DNA of 64,000 bases from Octopus sinensis (Eukaryota). Shown here one piece after another: positions 38,403 to 50,275 of this stretch. The stretch's first letter is position 1, and each line of letters begins with the position of its first letter. Made by a program: the position numbers and the translations under genes. The stretch spans positions 11,656,001 through 11,720,000 of the forward strand of contig NC_043013.1 of the NCBI RefSeq assembly GCF_006345805.1, in the 5' to 3' direction. The notes beneath the pieces were generated by a model, which was not told where the DNA came from, searched no databases, and was given only the letters and a program-made list of their open reading frames with translations.

Positions 38403-38675
38403 CTTTTATTCTTTTACTTGTTTCGGTCATGTGACTGCGGCCATGTTGGAGCACTGCTTTAGTCGAGCAAACAGACCCCAGGGACTCACTCTTTGTATAC
38501 CTTGTATATATTCTATCAGTCTGTTTTGCCGAACTGCTAATTTATGGGCACGTAAACACACCAGCATCAGTAAACACAGACACACAAACATATACACACA
38601 CATACATACATACATACATACATACATACATACATACATACATACATACATACACACACCACCACACACAACCAT

Positions 38676-38724
<49 letters not shown>

Positions 38725-39159
38725 ATATATACAATTCTCTGTATTGGAACAAAGCTTATTCTTGTATTCTTTTACTTTTCTTTAAGTTCCAGCTTTGAGG
38801 CTGCGGTCATACTTATAAACTTAGATAAACTTACATATGTTTCGACCAAAGATTGGTCCACGCCATGTCTAACTTAATAGCACCACCTGATAGGATTATT
38901 TGAATCCTGTTTAAGTCAAGTTTTGTTTATGGACCATTCAAGTAGTGAGTTTTTGTTGGGTGAGTTGTATCCAATTATGGGTGGCTTATCTGGTATTCTT
39001 TGAAGGAATCTATCCAGACTCCGTTTAAAGTTGATGGGATCCTTTTCCACTTTGATCTCTTTCGGGATCAGGCCTGTTGAGGAAAAGAAATTATGTTGCA
39101 GTGTACATGTATGCTGTGATCTTGAATTGGGCAGGGGGATATCGATAGATAGATAGATC

Positions 39160-39222
<63 letters not shown>

Positions 39223-39450
39223 GAATGGATAGATAGATAGATAGATAGATATATAGATAGATAGAAAGATAGATAGATAGATACAAAGATAGACACACAG
39301 ATAGACAGACAGACAAGTAGATAGATGGCCGACGATTTTCGACACTGCGACCATCAACTAAATTTACAAGACATTGCTCAGCCCGTGGATATAGTAGAAA
39401 ATACTTGCTGAAGGTGCCGTGAATTACGACTGAACCTGATACTACGTATT
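38403..39450 (-). mobile_element. SINE family A split by microsatellites and a nested LINE fragment
   Basis: Tail half at 38403-38600, head half at ~39330-39450. Confidence 0.7.
38757..39110 (-). mobile_element. CR1/L2-type LINE 3' end
   Basis: Translation IKVEKDPINFKRSLDRFLQRIPDKPPIIGYNSPNKNSLLEW resembles the extreme C-terminus of a LINE ORF2; stem-loop tail and A-rich end follow. Confidence 0.75.
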
Positions 39451-39526
39451 TGCCATACAGGCATCTTAAAAACATATATATTTGCCTGTATATATGCATG
39501 TATATACATACATACATATATATATA

Positions 39527-39760
39527 TATTTCTTTACAACCCACAACGGGCTAAACATAGAGGGGACAAACAATGACAGACAAAGGGATTAAGTCGATTA
39601 CATCGACCCCAGTGCGTAACTGGTACTCAATTTATCGACCCCGAAAGGATGAAAGGCAAAGTCGACCTCGGCGGAATTTGAACTCAGAACGTAACGGCAG
39701 ACGAAATACCGCTACGCATTTCGCCCGGCGTGCTAACGATTATGCCAGCTCTTCGCCCTT
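39527..39760 (-). mobile_element. SINE family B, full length
   Basis: Close match to 2631-2860. Confidence 0.92.
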
Positions 39761-41686
39761 ACATACATATATATATAGGTTTGAATATACATCCATACCT
39801 ACGTCTATATATATATATATGCTTGTGTGTATCTATGTGTTAGTTTGAGTCAGTGAACTTGTGTGTGTATGTGTGTGTGTTTGCTATTTTTGTTGTATGA
39901 ATTGTATTTAAAATTCTTTACGTGCTTTTATCTTTACTCAATTCTACATCTTTATTTTATTCGGTTTATTGTCATTTTGTCGCTGTTCACCTAGATAGGT
40001 GACACACACATTTTTTAGTGTAACATATTTCGTAGATTATTAACTTGGCAGTGTATGTTTCTATGTGTGTCTGTGTGTCTGTGTCTCTGTGTGTGTGTGT
40101 GGGTTCGTCTGTGTTCTTCTGTGTGTATGGTTGCATGACACTTCTAGAATCATATCTGGAAATAGATATTACAAAAGTAATATGACGAATTGCAGCGCCA
40201 TTTCTTTCATTTTTTTTTTTTCATTGTTTTCCGCTGTACATTTTTTAACATTTTTTTAGGTATACTTTTATTAAATTGTTTTTACATTTTTCTTTCGCTT
40301 GTTTTTGACACCTTTAGTAACCCATGAAAGTATTTATGTAATGATATATGGCTAAACGATTAGATGTATCTCTATATACGATTGTAGACAACATAAAAAC
40401 AAACACATATATACTTCACCCACATATATACACACGCTCCTATGTGTACGTATGTATGCATCTGTATATATATATATATATACTATATTATATTAATAAT
40501 ATATACGTACATATATAAACACACACATTTATTTTTTATATATGTGTGTGTATGTAACATACACACACGCACATATACATACACACACACACAACACACA
40601 CCACACACACACACACATATATATATATATAATATATAATATATTATGAAGATAGATGCGGTAGTTGATGTGCGATAGCAAGATTTGTATTATTTCGAAG
40701 AAGAGATTGAAAAACGTACTGTGATATTGTTTCCAAGAACGTGGTATCAAGTGTTATGAAAAGAATATCTGTTCACAGTTAAGATTACCGGCGGCAGAAT
40801 CAGAAAAGTGTGTAGAATTTTAAACCCTCTCTCTTTGAAAAATTAGCAGTAAACAATAGGGAACTCAAGGAAGGAAAACGTTCTTCATGCGAAAATAGGA
40901 GAGTTTTGAACTGTGGAGAAGAAAAAGAAACGAAATGAGGAACTGAAACGTGAAAGGGCAAGAAATAGCAAAAAATTTAAATTCTTGGGTAACTGAAGAG
41001 TAAGAATGTCTTCATTGATATAAGACAATTAGTAGCGGCAAAATTATTTACATCATTCCGGGATGTGTTAGGGTTCTAACTTGAATGTGAAAGTATGTTC
41101 CTTCTGTGTACATGTGCATGATGTAGTGTAATGAGCGGAGATGTCACGGCCAGTTGCGCGATCATTTGTTCTGATATAATTACATTGTGCTCTTAAATGA
41201 TATGATTACATTGTGCTCTTAAACGTGTTCGATAAGTTTTCTGATGCAACGTGCGCTGCCAAGTGTGCAAATGATTCTATATATGAGGCTGGAAAATAAA
41301 GAGAAAAACAGGAATTTTTTTGCTATCATAGTACCGAGATTAACTGGCGATAGTTGGGGCATTGACAGATTTTGCACAGCCGTTTCGATATCGCCTATTT
41401 GCTGTGACACTTTCGAAGCTGTGTTACGTGACATCAAACATGATATTTCTTTAGTTCTCGCTCGCTTTGTCTCACTCTCTCTCTCTCTCTCTCTCTCTAT
41501 CACTTTCTGTATGTATATTTTTGAACCCGCATACATATGTGTACATGTATTTGTTTCCCGGGTCAAACCGTACTGTTGCCAAAATAGGCTTTATTGTCCA
41601 TTCTGACGTGTGAAATCGCCAGCATCCATACAACTTGATTCCTTCTTAGGCAGGTGCTGCAGTGTATATGGCTAAGTACTACATTT

Positions 41687-42091
41687 TTTCTCTTTTTACT
41701 CTTTTTACTTGTTTCAGTCATTTGACTGCGGCCATGCTGGAGCACCGCCTTTAGTCGAGCAAATCGACCCCCGGAACTTATTCTTTGTAAGCCCAGTACT
41801 TATTCTATCGCTCTGTTTTTGCCGAACCGCTAAGTGACGGGGACGTAAACACATCAGCATCGGTTGTCAAGCAATGCTAGGGGGACAAACACAGACACAC
41901 ACACATACATATATATATATATACACAAGACAGGCTTCTTTCAGTTTCCGTCTACCAAATCCACTCGCAAGGCATTGGTCGGCCCGGGGCTATAGCAGCA
42001 GACACTTGCCCAAGATGCCACGCAGTGGGACTGAACCCGGAACCATGTGGTTTGTTAGCAAGCTACTTACCACACAGCCACTTCCGCGTCT
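41687..42091 (-). mobile_element. SINE family A, full length
   Basis: Complete head, body, microsatellite and tail; close to 54428-54843 and 48871-49262. Confidence 0.93.
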
Positions 42092-42344
42092 GTGGAGCTT
42101 CTAAGTAAAAGGTTACCAATATTCCTCAAAGACAAGTGTGGTTGTGTAAGAAAGACCAGAGCAGTTATTGGGTCACAGAGCAAGATTCAAAAATTACCTA
42201 ACTAGTCAAAACATTCTTTATAGTCTATAGTCTTGACATTAGATGCTCTGGGTTACATACATTAAATTTATCTCAGATACACCATTTTCTTCTGTAGTTG
42301 TATCAAGTAGATCTATTAAGTATAAAACGCTTCTTCGGTCTTCA

Positions 42345-42628
42345 ATGGCTATGGGATTGCATCTTGAAAGTTTCCGGCTAAGCCACAACTCTGTGCAAGA
42401 TTGTTTATGGAGTATCAGCAGTCGACCATGCATACCAGCTTCTCCTCTCCTCACCACAGATGTTTTGGCAGGGAAAGGCAAAGGCAAAGGCCGATACAGC
42501 TTGACACCACTGACTTCGAAACGGATTTCTACAGCTGAGTGTACATCAACAACGTACTCACATGAGAATTGAACCCACTACCTCATGATGGTGAGCCCGA
42601 CGCTTTAGCCACTGAGCCATGTGCCTTC
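42345..42628 (-). mobile_element. SINE family C (diverged, internally deleted)
   Basis: cagcagtcgaccatgcatacc..gggaaaggc..gccgatacagctt..atttctacagctgagtg matches family C. Confidence 0.78.
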
Positions 42629-43979
42629 AGATCCATATAACACATAATTTACATGACAATTCATCGAGCGAGGTTACTGAAGAATATCTCAAGTATTTCA
42701 TGCACGTATGTACGTAGATATTTTTCTGTCTAATACACACACACATACACACACACCCCCACACACACATTCACACACACACACTATCACTCACTGCTTC
42801 TGTCTCTTTCTAATTTTCTCTCTCACTAACTCTCAAATCGGGAGTGTTGACAGAAACGTTGTGTGTGACTCAACGGCGGGCATTACTCAGAGTTTCATAG
42901 CAGCGAAATCACGTGTCTAATCAGTGAGATGGCCGCAATGAATATATTTAATGCTTTATCAAATGTAACACCTCACACGTCTCACATCAAATATATATCC
43001 AGAAAAATATACAGGCACAAAGACAAAGAAAAAGCTTAATTACATACACACATACGTATATACAACACGAACACTACATATTATATATATATTTTTTTGT
43101 ATATATATTATATATATATATCATATATATACATATATATACATATGATATACAATGTATATATATATATATGTAGATATATATTTATTATATGTATATA
43201 TATATTATATATATATATATTATATATATATATATATATTATATATATATATATATACATACATATATACACGCATACACACGCACGAAGACAAACATTC
43301 ACTCACACACAGAAATACAGACATGTTGACATAATATCTTCATTAGTCCACCTTCGTCGTTGATTATTATCATACTTACAACCTAACGTGTGGAAATCAT
43401 AAGTTTAATAAATGTAAAATAATACTTGCTCATTAGAATTAACGTCGCGAACATCTCTAGAGACTTAATCGAAATATCACTTCGTGGCTGACTCCTATAC
43501 ATCCATCCATCGATCCAGCCATACATACATACATATACATTCATATATATATTATATATATATATATATATCTATATATTATATATAATATATATGTATA
43601 TATATATATATGTATATGTATGTATGTATGCATGTATGTATATGCGTACATGTATTTTAGATTTTGCGTGTGGGTGGAGAAAGTTGTTCAGTAATTAACC
43701 AAAGAAAATAGAAGGGTTATTAGCTGTTCCCTTGGTAATAATTAGCTACTGCATGGCAAATATCCACCAGTTCACAGCTGTGATATCGCATGTTAAAAGT
43801 GTGACATTCGAAAAACATTGCCCTTATTTAGATCTCACATGTATTTAGTCGTAATTGTTATTATTACTTTTTGTTGTTGTTGTTGTGGTAGATTTACATA
43901 TGAAAGTCATTAGACATTAGTTCAGGATACATACATGTATGTATGTATGTATGTATGTATGTATGTATGTATGTATGTA

Positions 43980-44016
<37 letters not shown>

Positions 44017-44273
44017 GATTTATATAAATATATATATATAATGTATGTATGTATGTATGTATATATATGTATGTATATTTATATATATATATATTATATA
44101 TATATATATATTATGTACATATTATATATGCGTGTGTGTTGGTGTTATAAGTGTCTGCGTGTATTTTATATATGCATATGCATATGTCATACATATGTGT
44201 ATGTATAGATGTACATAGGTACATATATATTACAGATATACATGTGGTATATATATATGTGTATATATAGTTA

Positions 44274-44319
<46 letters not shown>

Positions 44320-44869
44320 CATACACATACACACTTCCTTCCCACACATACGCACATATATTTTTTTGTGTTGTTGGTGCGTATGCATGTATTTGTATTT
44401 ATGTATAAGTATTTTGTACACATTTCAGTGTGTGTATAGAGGTTGAAAGCCACGACTGCAAGTATGTCTGAATATATTCGCGTGAGATGAAATAATCCCA
44501 TTACGCTTAATTATAGTATGGTTCACCTCCACAGATTTCTGCATCAACTTGTGACAATTAGCCTTGCACGGCTTTCCTAGAAATCAGTGCCTGGAATAAC
44601 TCAGCTAATAATTTTACTTGTATTACTGAAACATCCTGCTCAAGAGACATGGTTTTACTTCATTTTTTTTACAGTAATTCATATTTGGCTTGAATTTTGG
44701 CTATGATCTGTGATCTAATAGGGAAACTATCAGCTATAGTTGATACTTTCCCAATGAACGTGACTACGCATCGAAACCACGTGCACAGGTATACGCTTAT
44801 AAGCATCAATTTTGAATTATTATAGTACTATTATTGTTGTTGTTATATTATTATTATTATTATTATTAT

Positions 44870-44900
<31 letters not shown>

Positions 44901-44926
44901 TAGTAGTAGTAGTTAGTAGTAGTAGT

Positions 44927-46165
44927 ATTCAGTAATTTCATTCTTTATCACGCGCTTTCACTGTACTACGAAGCATATTTATGCTGTGTGCCCTGCGGTT
45001 TGTTGTGACGCTCTAATTTTCACAGTATTGAAAGTGTTTTATGTAGAATGTGTGCGGTGCCTAGTAGTGCTATTTTCTGTATTTTATATACCTGTCAGTC
45101 CCGGTGTTTTTGTTATGTATTTGTCTGAATACTTTTTATCGTACCTAATGCTCCTCCTATGATAGGAATTGTTTCGATTTTTAGACTCCACATTCGAGTT
45201 ATATCTAGTTCGAGGTTTTTCTATTTTGAAGGTATCTCCGTTTCATTTAGAGAAATATTGTCATCAGTTGTTATTAATACATCGATTAGAAAGCATTTTT
45301 TTTCTTGGTGATCCCTGACAATTAAATCCAGCCTGTTGGCCTTCATTTCTCTATCTGTGTGTATTCGCATATTCCAGAGTGTGGATTTTTCATTTGGTGT
45401 GACATTTTCTGGCCTGGAGTTATACCATCTTTTTCTATTGTTATTCCATACTCTTGGCATAGCTTCCAGTGTATGTAGGTCCCAACTCTGTCGTGTCTGT
45501 GAATATATCTTTTCTTAGCCAAGACTGGGTAGCCAGAGATAATATGATTTATTGTTTCTTGTCCATCCCCACATATTTTGCAGTAACTTGTATTTCTTTT
45601 CATTACATGTTTTTAGTCATTTCTGGTGGGGATTATTTGATCTGGTGCTGCAATTAAAAATCCTTCAGTCTCTGCTTTGAGTCCTGAGCTTCTTAGCCAT
45701 TTTGGAGATTTTGTTTTGTCTATTTCTTTTCTGTTTAGTTTAACTCAGTATTTGCCATGAAGGGGCTTTTCTTGCCATCGTTTTATCATGACCCGTTGCT
45801 GTACCAGTTTTAGTTTGAATTTCATTTGTCTTAACAGCATTTCTTTCTTCTTCTTTTTCTTCATAGTTGTTAGGTTCTATGATTCTTTTTTGTATTTGTT
45901 AGCCACCTGGGTGAAAATAGATTTTTATTTTTGTTTTGGACGTGTTTTATGGCTACATGTATTAGCTTTCCTTGCTTCTGTAGTAGTTATTTCTGAAGTC
46001 TTATGATGGTTATTTTGTAATAGCTTTCTCTCTCTATTAGACCTCTACCACCTTCGATGCGTTGTATATGTAACATTTCTTTGTCATATTTTGTGTGGGG
46101 CAACCTAAATATTGTCATTACTTTTCTAGTTTTTCTGTCTATTTTTATTAGTTCATTTAGAGCTT
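44927..46165 (-). mobile_element. R4/Dong LINE, ~1.2-kb 5'-truncated inactive copy (thumb, zinc knuckle, RLE)
   Basis: Translations include QRIEGGRGL, WLRSSGLKAETEGFLIAA, CKICGDGQETINHIISG..RHDRVGTYIHW and ANRLDLIVRDHQEKKCFLIDV, with frameshifts and stops. (TAC)/(TAA)n tail at ~44830-44926. Confidence 0.92.
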
Positions 46166-46168
46166 TTT

Positions 46169-46300
46169 AAATAGAGACCGATAGAATAAGTACTATGCTT
46201 ACAAAGAATAAGTCCTGGGGTCGATTTGCTCGACTAAAGGCAGTGCTCCAGCTTGGCCACAGTCACATGGCTGAACGATTTAAAAGTGTGAAAGAGTAAA
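46169..46300 (+). mobile_element. SINE family A tail-only fragment
   Basis: gagaccgatagaataagtact..gtcctggggtcgatttgctcgactaaaggc matches the family A tail. Confidence 0.8.
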
Positions 46301-46924
46301 GGAGTAAATACACAATACACGAATACGATATGGAAACACCTCGTAAACATAATTTTAGAAAATACATTACGTAAAACGACAAATTAACACTAGTACCGTA
46401 CTAGAAGAATCATAACGTTTAATGATTCAGTCTCATATCCGCAACGCGCCGCAAATATGAAATGAAAGTGTATATTCCCAATGAGCAACGCTTTTATAAG
46501 TAGGATAGCAAACGAAACTTCACGTTACAAGTCATATATTAGCCATACAAATACAAAACATCTCGTCAGCTCAACATGCATTTACAAACAAAATGGCAAT
46601 TAATTACTATCGTCTGGAGTATACGGCATAAAACTAGATTAAACAGAAATTTCAAAAGAAAGGGTCTTTGAAACTGATATGTAAAATATAGTTTTACCGA
46701 ATTGGGCTGATCTATACAATAGTTTGTATTCGATTCTTTCAAGACACTAAATCAGAGCTAGCAATTATTCTCCTGCAGCAATTCCATTGCGTGTTTGCCA
46801 TGCTAGCCATCTTTTATATTTTGTCGTATACTTCTTCTATTCATTGAGGCTGTAACCACGCTGTTGCACCTTCTTGAAGGTGCTTTGGTCCAATAAATCG
46901 ACTGCCAAACCGTTAAGTTACGTT

Positions 46925-47160
46925 TACGTAAACAAATCAACACCGGTTGTCAAGCGGTGGGAGTACAACCTTCGATATACGTACACGCGCATATGCAAAC
47001 ACATACACACACACACGCACATATGACGGGCTCCCACAGAGCTTCCATCAACTGAACTCACGGCATTGTTTAGGACAGGGCTATTGTAGATATCACTACC
47101 CCAAGTTGGCGAACACTGGACCTGAACCAAAACCTACGAGCTTGTTAACCATAGGTTTTT
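46925..47160 (-). mobile_element. Highly degenerate SINE family A
   Basis: ccggttgtcaagcggtgg..atgacgggct..gggctattgtaga..ctgaacc matches the reverse body. Confidence 0.6.
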
Positions 47161-47554
47161 GTAATCCCTATTAATGGGTACATAAAAGACCTCAAAAAGA
47201 CCCATCAATTCAAGATACGTTTTGATCATGGGAAGGAATTCATTGCTTCTAATGATTTTAATTGGGAGTCTATTGGTTTTATGCTTTCTTTATGATGTTA
47301 GAAATATTGATACTTGGTTGTTTTGAGATAGACCGATGGAAATGTTCAGTTTATAGTTTATTCACTTTTGCAAATGTTTTCTTTTGTGTCAAGAAAGGGT
47401 TAAATGTGATGAGACTATCAAATGGAATTCATCAAATAGAATTCATGAATCTTTAAAAGTATGTATATAGGTAGGAGTTAAATAGGTAGACAGATCAACA
47501 GACAGAAAGACAGATAAGCAGATGGATAGATAGACAGTCAATCAGAGAGACAGT

Positions 47555-47602
<48 letters not shown>

Positions 47603-47685
47603 GAGATAAAGAGATGCTGATATAACACACACATACAACACTATATATAGTTATATATACACATACATACAAATACACACACATT

Positions 47686-47716
<31 letters not shown>

Positions 47717-47833
47717 CTATATATGGGAGTATATATGCATTATATACATACACACACACACGCACACACCACACACACACACATATAATATATCTATATA
47801 TAATATATTATAATATATACATACATAGAAATA

Positions 47834-48290
47834 CAGCGTAGGCGAGAAAGATATGCCATAATATACATCTGGAAGATCCTAGAAGGACTTGTCCCAAACT
47901 TTGGCATCGAGAATTACACAAATACTAGAACTGGGCGCCACTGCACAGTGCCAAGGACTCCAAATTTGCCATCAAGATGTAGGACAAGATACTGCGATAG
48001 CCTGGGCTTCCGAGGCCCACAGCTCTTCAATATCCTCCCGAAGAACCTGAGAGACCTGCACGGGGTGGATGCAGATGTCTTTAAAATAAAACTGGATCTC
48101 CTCTTGTCAGGTGTCCCAGATGAACCAACTTCACGGCAGGTGGTGCAGATGAGGGCAGCTGCATCGAACTCTCTCATGCACCAAATGGCATTCGTGAAGT
48201 AAAATCATGCAGCAGCACCAAATGGCGGTGCCCCAGCATGGCCACAGCTTGTGAGCTGAAACTAAATAAAAATAAAAAATAAAAAAAATA
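47834..48290 (+). mobile_element. CR1/L2-type LINE 3' end with intact frame 47834-48202 and stem-loop tail
   Basis: Uninterrupted QRRRERYAIIYIWKILEGLVPNFG...SLGFRGPQLFNILPKNLR...FKIKLDLLLSGVPDEP...AASNSL; followed by the tail hairpin and (A4-5T)n. Confidence 0.88.
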
Positions 48291-48870
48291 CATATATACA
48301 AGAATATATGTGTAGATAGGTTGATATAAATGTATATATACACATAAATGTCTGTTTGTGTGTGTGTGTGTAGTCTCGCATTGGCATATGTTTGTCAGTG
48401 TATGTACATATCCATGTATGTGGTTATATTTTCCTATTCGTTAGAAATATACGTAGAATGTTATCCATATTAATTACACTATCTGAAAAAGATTGAAGCG
48501 GCGATTAGTCTGTTATTCGTCTTTGATTCATTTCCAAAGTCTGGAACAAACATGCTGCCTCAGTGGAAACATTAACAATTTCTTATTATAAGCCAATAAT
48601 CTCAATAATCCCACAAACTTCCTGTATTACCAGCGGAGAAAATAGGAAAGAAATATCTGCTAATCACCAACACAACGAAGATCCTGATTCTTTCTTTAAC
48701 TTTAGATGATTCCTATGCTATATTTGGTTGTGTTACTTCCCTATGGAATATTTTGTGTCACTCTATAAGGATAAGGTATAATATATATAATATATATATA
48801 TATATATTATTATATATATATATATATAATTTATATATATATAATATATATAATATATATATATATATTA

Positions 48871-49262
48871 TAGGCGCAGGAGTGGCTGTGTTGTAAGTAG
48901 CTTGTTTACCAACCGCATGGTTCCGGGATCAGTCCCACTGCGTGGCACCTAGGGCAAGTGTCTTCTACTATAGCCTCGGGCCGACCAAAGCCTTGTGAGT
49001 GGATTTGGTAGACGGAAACTGAAAAGAAGCCCATCGTATATATGTATATATATATATGCGCATGTGTGTTTGTTCCCCTAGCATTGCTTGACAACCGATG
49101 CTGTTGTTTTTATGTCCCCGTTACTTAGCGGTTCGGCAAAAGAGACAGATAGAATAAGTATTGGGCTTACAAAAAGAATAAGTCCCGTGGTCGAGTTGCT
49201 CGATTAAAGGCGGGGCTCCAGCATGGCCGCAGTCAAATGACTAAAACAAGTAAAAAAAAGAG
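48871..49262 (+). mobile_element. SINE family A, full length
   Basis: tRNA-like head through tail aaacaagtaaaa. Confidence 0.93.
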
Positions 49263-49298
<36 letters not shown>

Positions 49299-49300
<2 letters not shown>

Positions 49301-49700
49301 GGTTGTGTGGTAAGTAGCTTACTTAAGAACCACATGGTTCCAGGTTGAGTCCCACTGCGGGGCACCTTTGGCAATTGTCTTTTACTATAGCCGCGGGCTG
49401 ACCGAAGCTTTGTGAGTGAATTTGGTCGACGGAAAGAGAAAGAAGTCTGTGGTATATACGTATATATATATATATGTGTGTGTGTGTGTATGTTTGTGTG
49501 TCTGTGTTTGTCCCCCCAACATCGCTTGACAACCGATGCTGGTGTGTTTACGTCCCCGTAACTTAGCGGTTCGGCAAAAGAGACGAATTGAATAAGCACT
49601 AGGCTTACAAAAAATGAGTCGTGGGGTCGATTTTCTCGACTAAAGGCGGTGCTCCAGCATGCCCACAGTCAAATGACTCTAACAAGTAAAATAGTAAAAG
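49299..49700 (+). mobile_element. SINE family A, second tandem copy
   Basis: Same structure, separated from the previous copy by (AT)n. Confidence 0.92.
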
Positions 49701-49725
49701 ATATATATATATATATATAATAATA

Positions 49726-50030
49726 ATAAATCTCTGAGCGAGGTATAAACAGTAACTGCTCTGTAATATATATTTCTAGCCTGTAGAGGAAGTCCCTCAT
49801 CGAAGAACGGTGCTTGCCATGCGCTGACGAGAGGCGACCACCTCGAAACCGGTCCGTGTGTAGCATCCGTATCTTCGGGTAGGCTGATCTCCCTTTACAG
49901 GCTAGCAAGGACACCGTGATGGTGTCGGCTCTTCTGGTGACGTCTATAGTCGCCTGGGGCTAAATGCATCAGTAACACCCCCACCACCCCGCCCTGTCCC
50001 TAGCCACATTCAGATGGCTGATCCCGCTTA
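49726..50030 (+). mobile_element. GC-rich structured island carrying the hammerhead (retrozyme-like or solo pLTR)
   Basis: ~300-bp island between AT microsatellites with several nested hairpins. Its identity as a mobile element is inferred. Confidence 0.5.
49807..49870 (+). ncRNA. Canonical type I hammerhead ribozyme with palindromic minimal stem III
   Basis: Stem I CATGCG/CGTGTG, extended by TGCT/AGCA and ACGG/CCGT. CTGACGA 49824-30; stem II GAGG-cgacca-CCTC; GAAAC-CG-GTC. Confidence 0.9.
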
Positions 50031-50164
50031 TATTATATATATATATTATATATATATATCGTTGCTGTTATGTCAAACTGTCTTATGTCCAAATCTGGCC
50101 AAATGCGTTTTTTTTAAATACTTAATTTTGCTTGCAATAGCCGGTTCTTTTGGTCAAAATGTCG

Positions 50165-50275
50165 TATCTTGGGCAAGTGTCTTCTACTATAGCCTCGGGC
50201 CGACCAAAGCCTTGTGAGTGGATTTGGTAGACGGAAACTGAAAAGAAGCCCGTCGTATAAATGTATATATATATA
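50165..50275 (+). mobile_element. SINE family A fragment
   Basis: ttgggcaagtgtcttctactatagcctcgggccgaccaaagcc..gaagcccgtcgtata. Confidence 0.88.

Noticed and set aside
38830-38870. GACC-aatcttt-GGTC-GAAAC-ATAT-GTA on the minus strand, resembling a hammerhead 3' half
   Set aside because: There is no CTGANGA upstream (it reads catggcgtg). It fits the 'catggc-stem-loop-gaaac' LINE tail pattern better.
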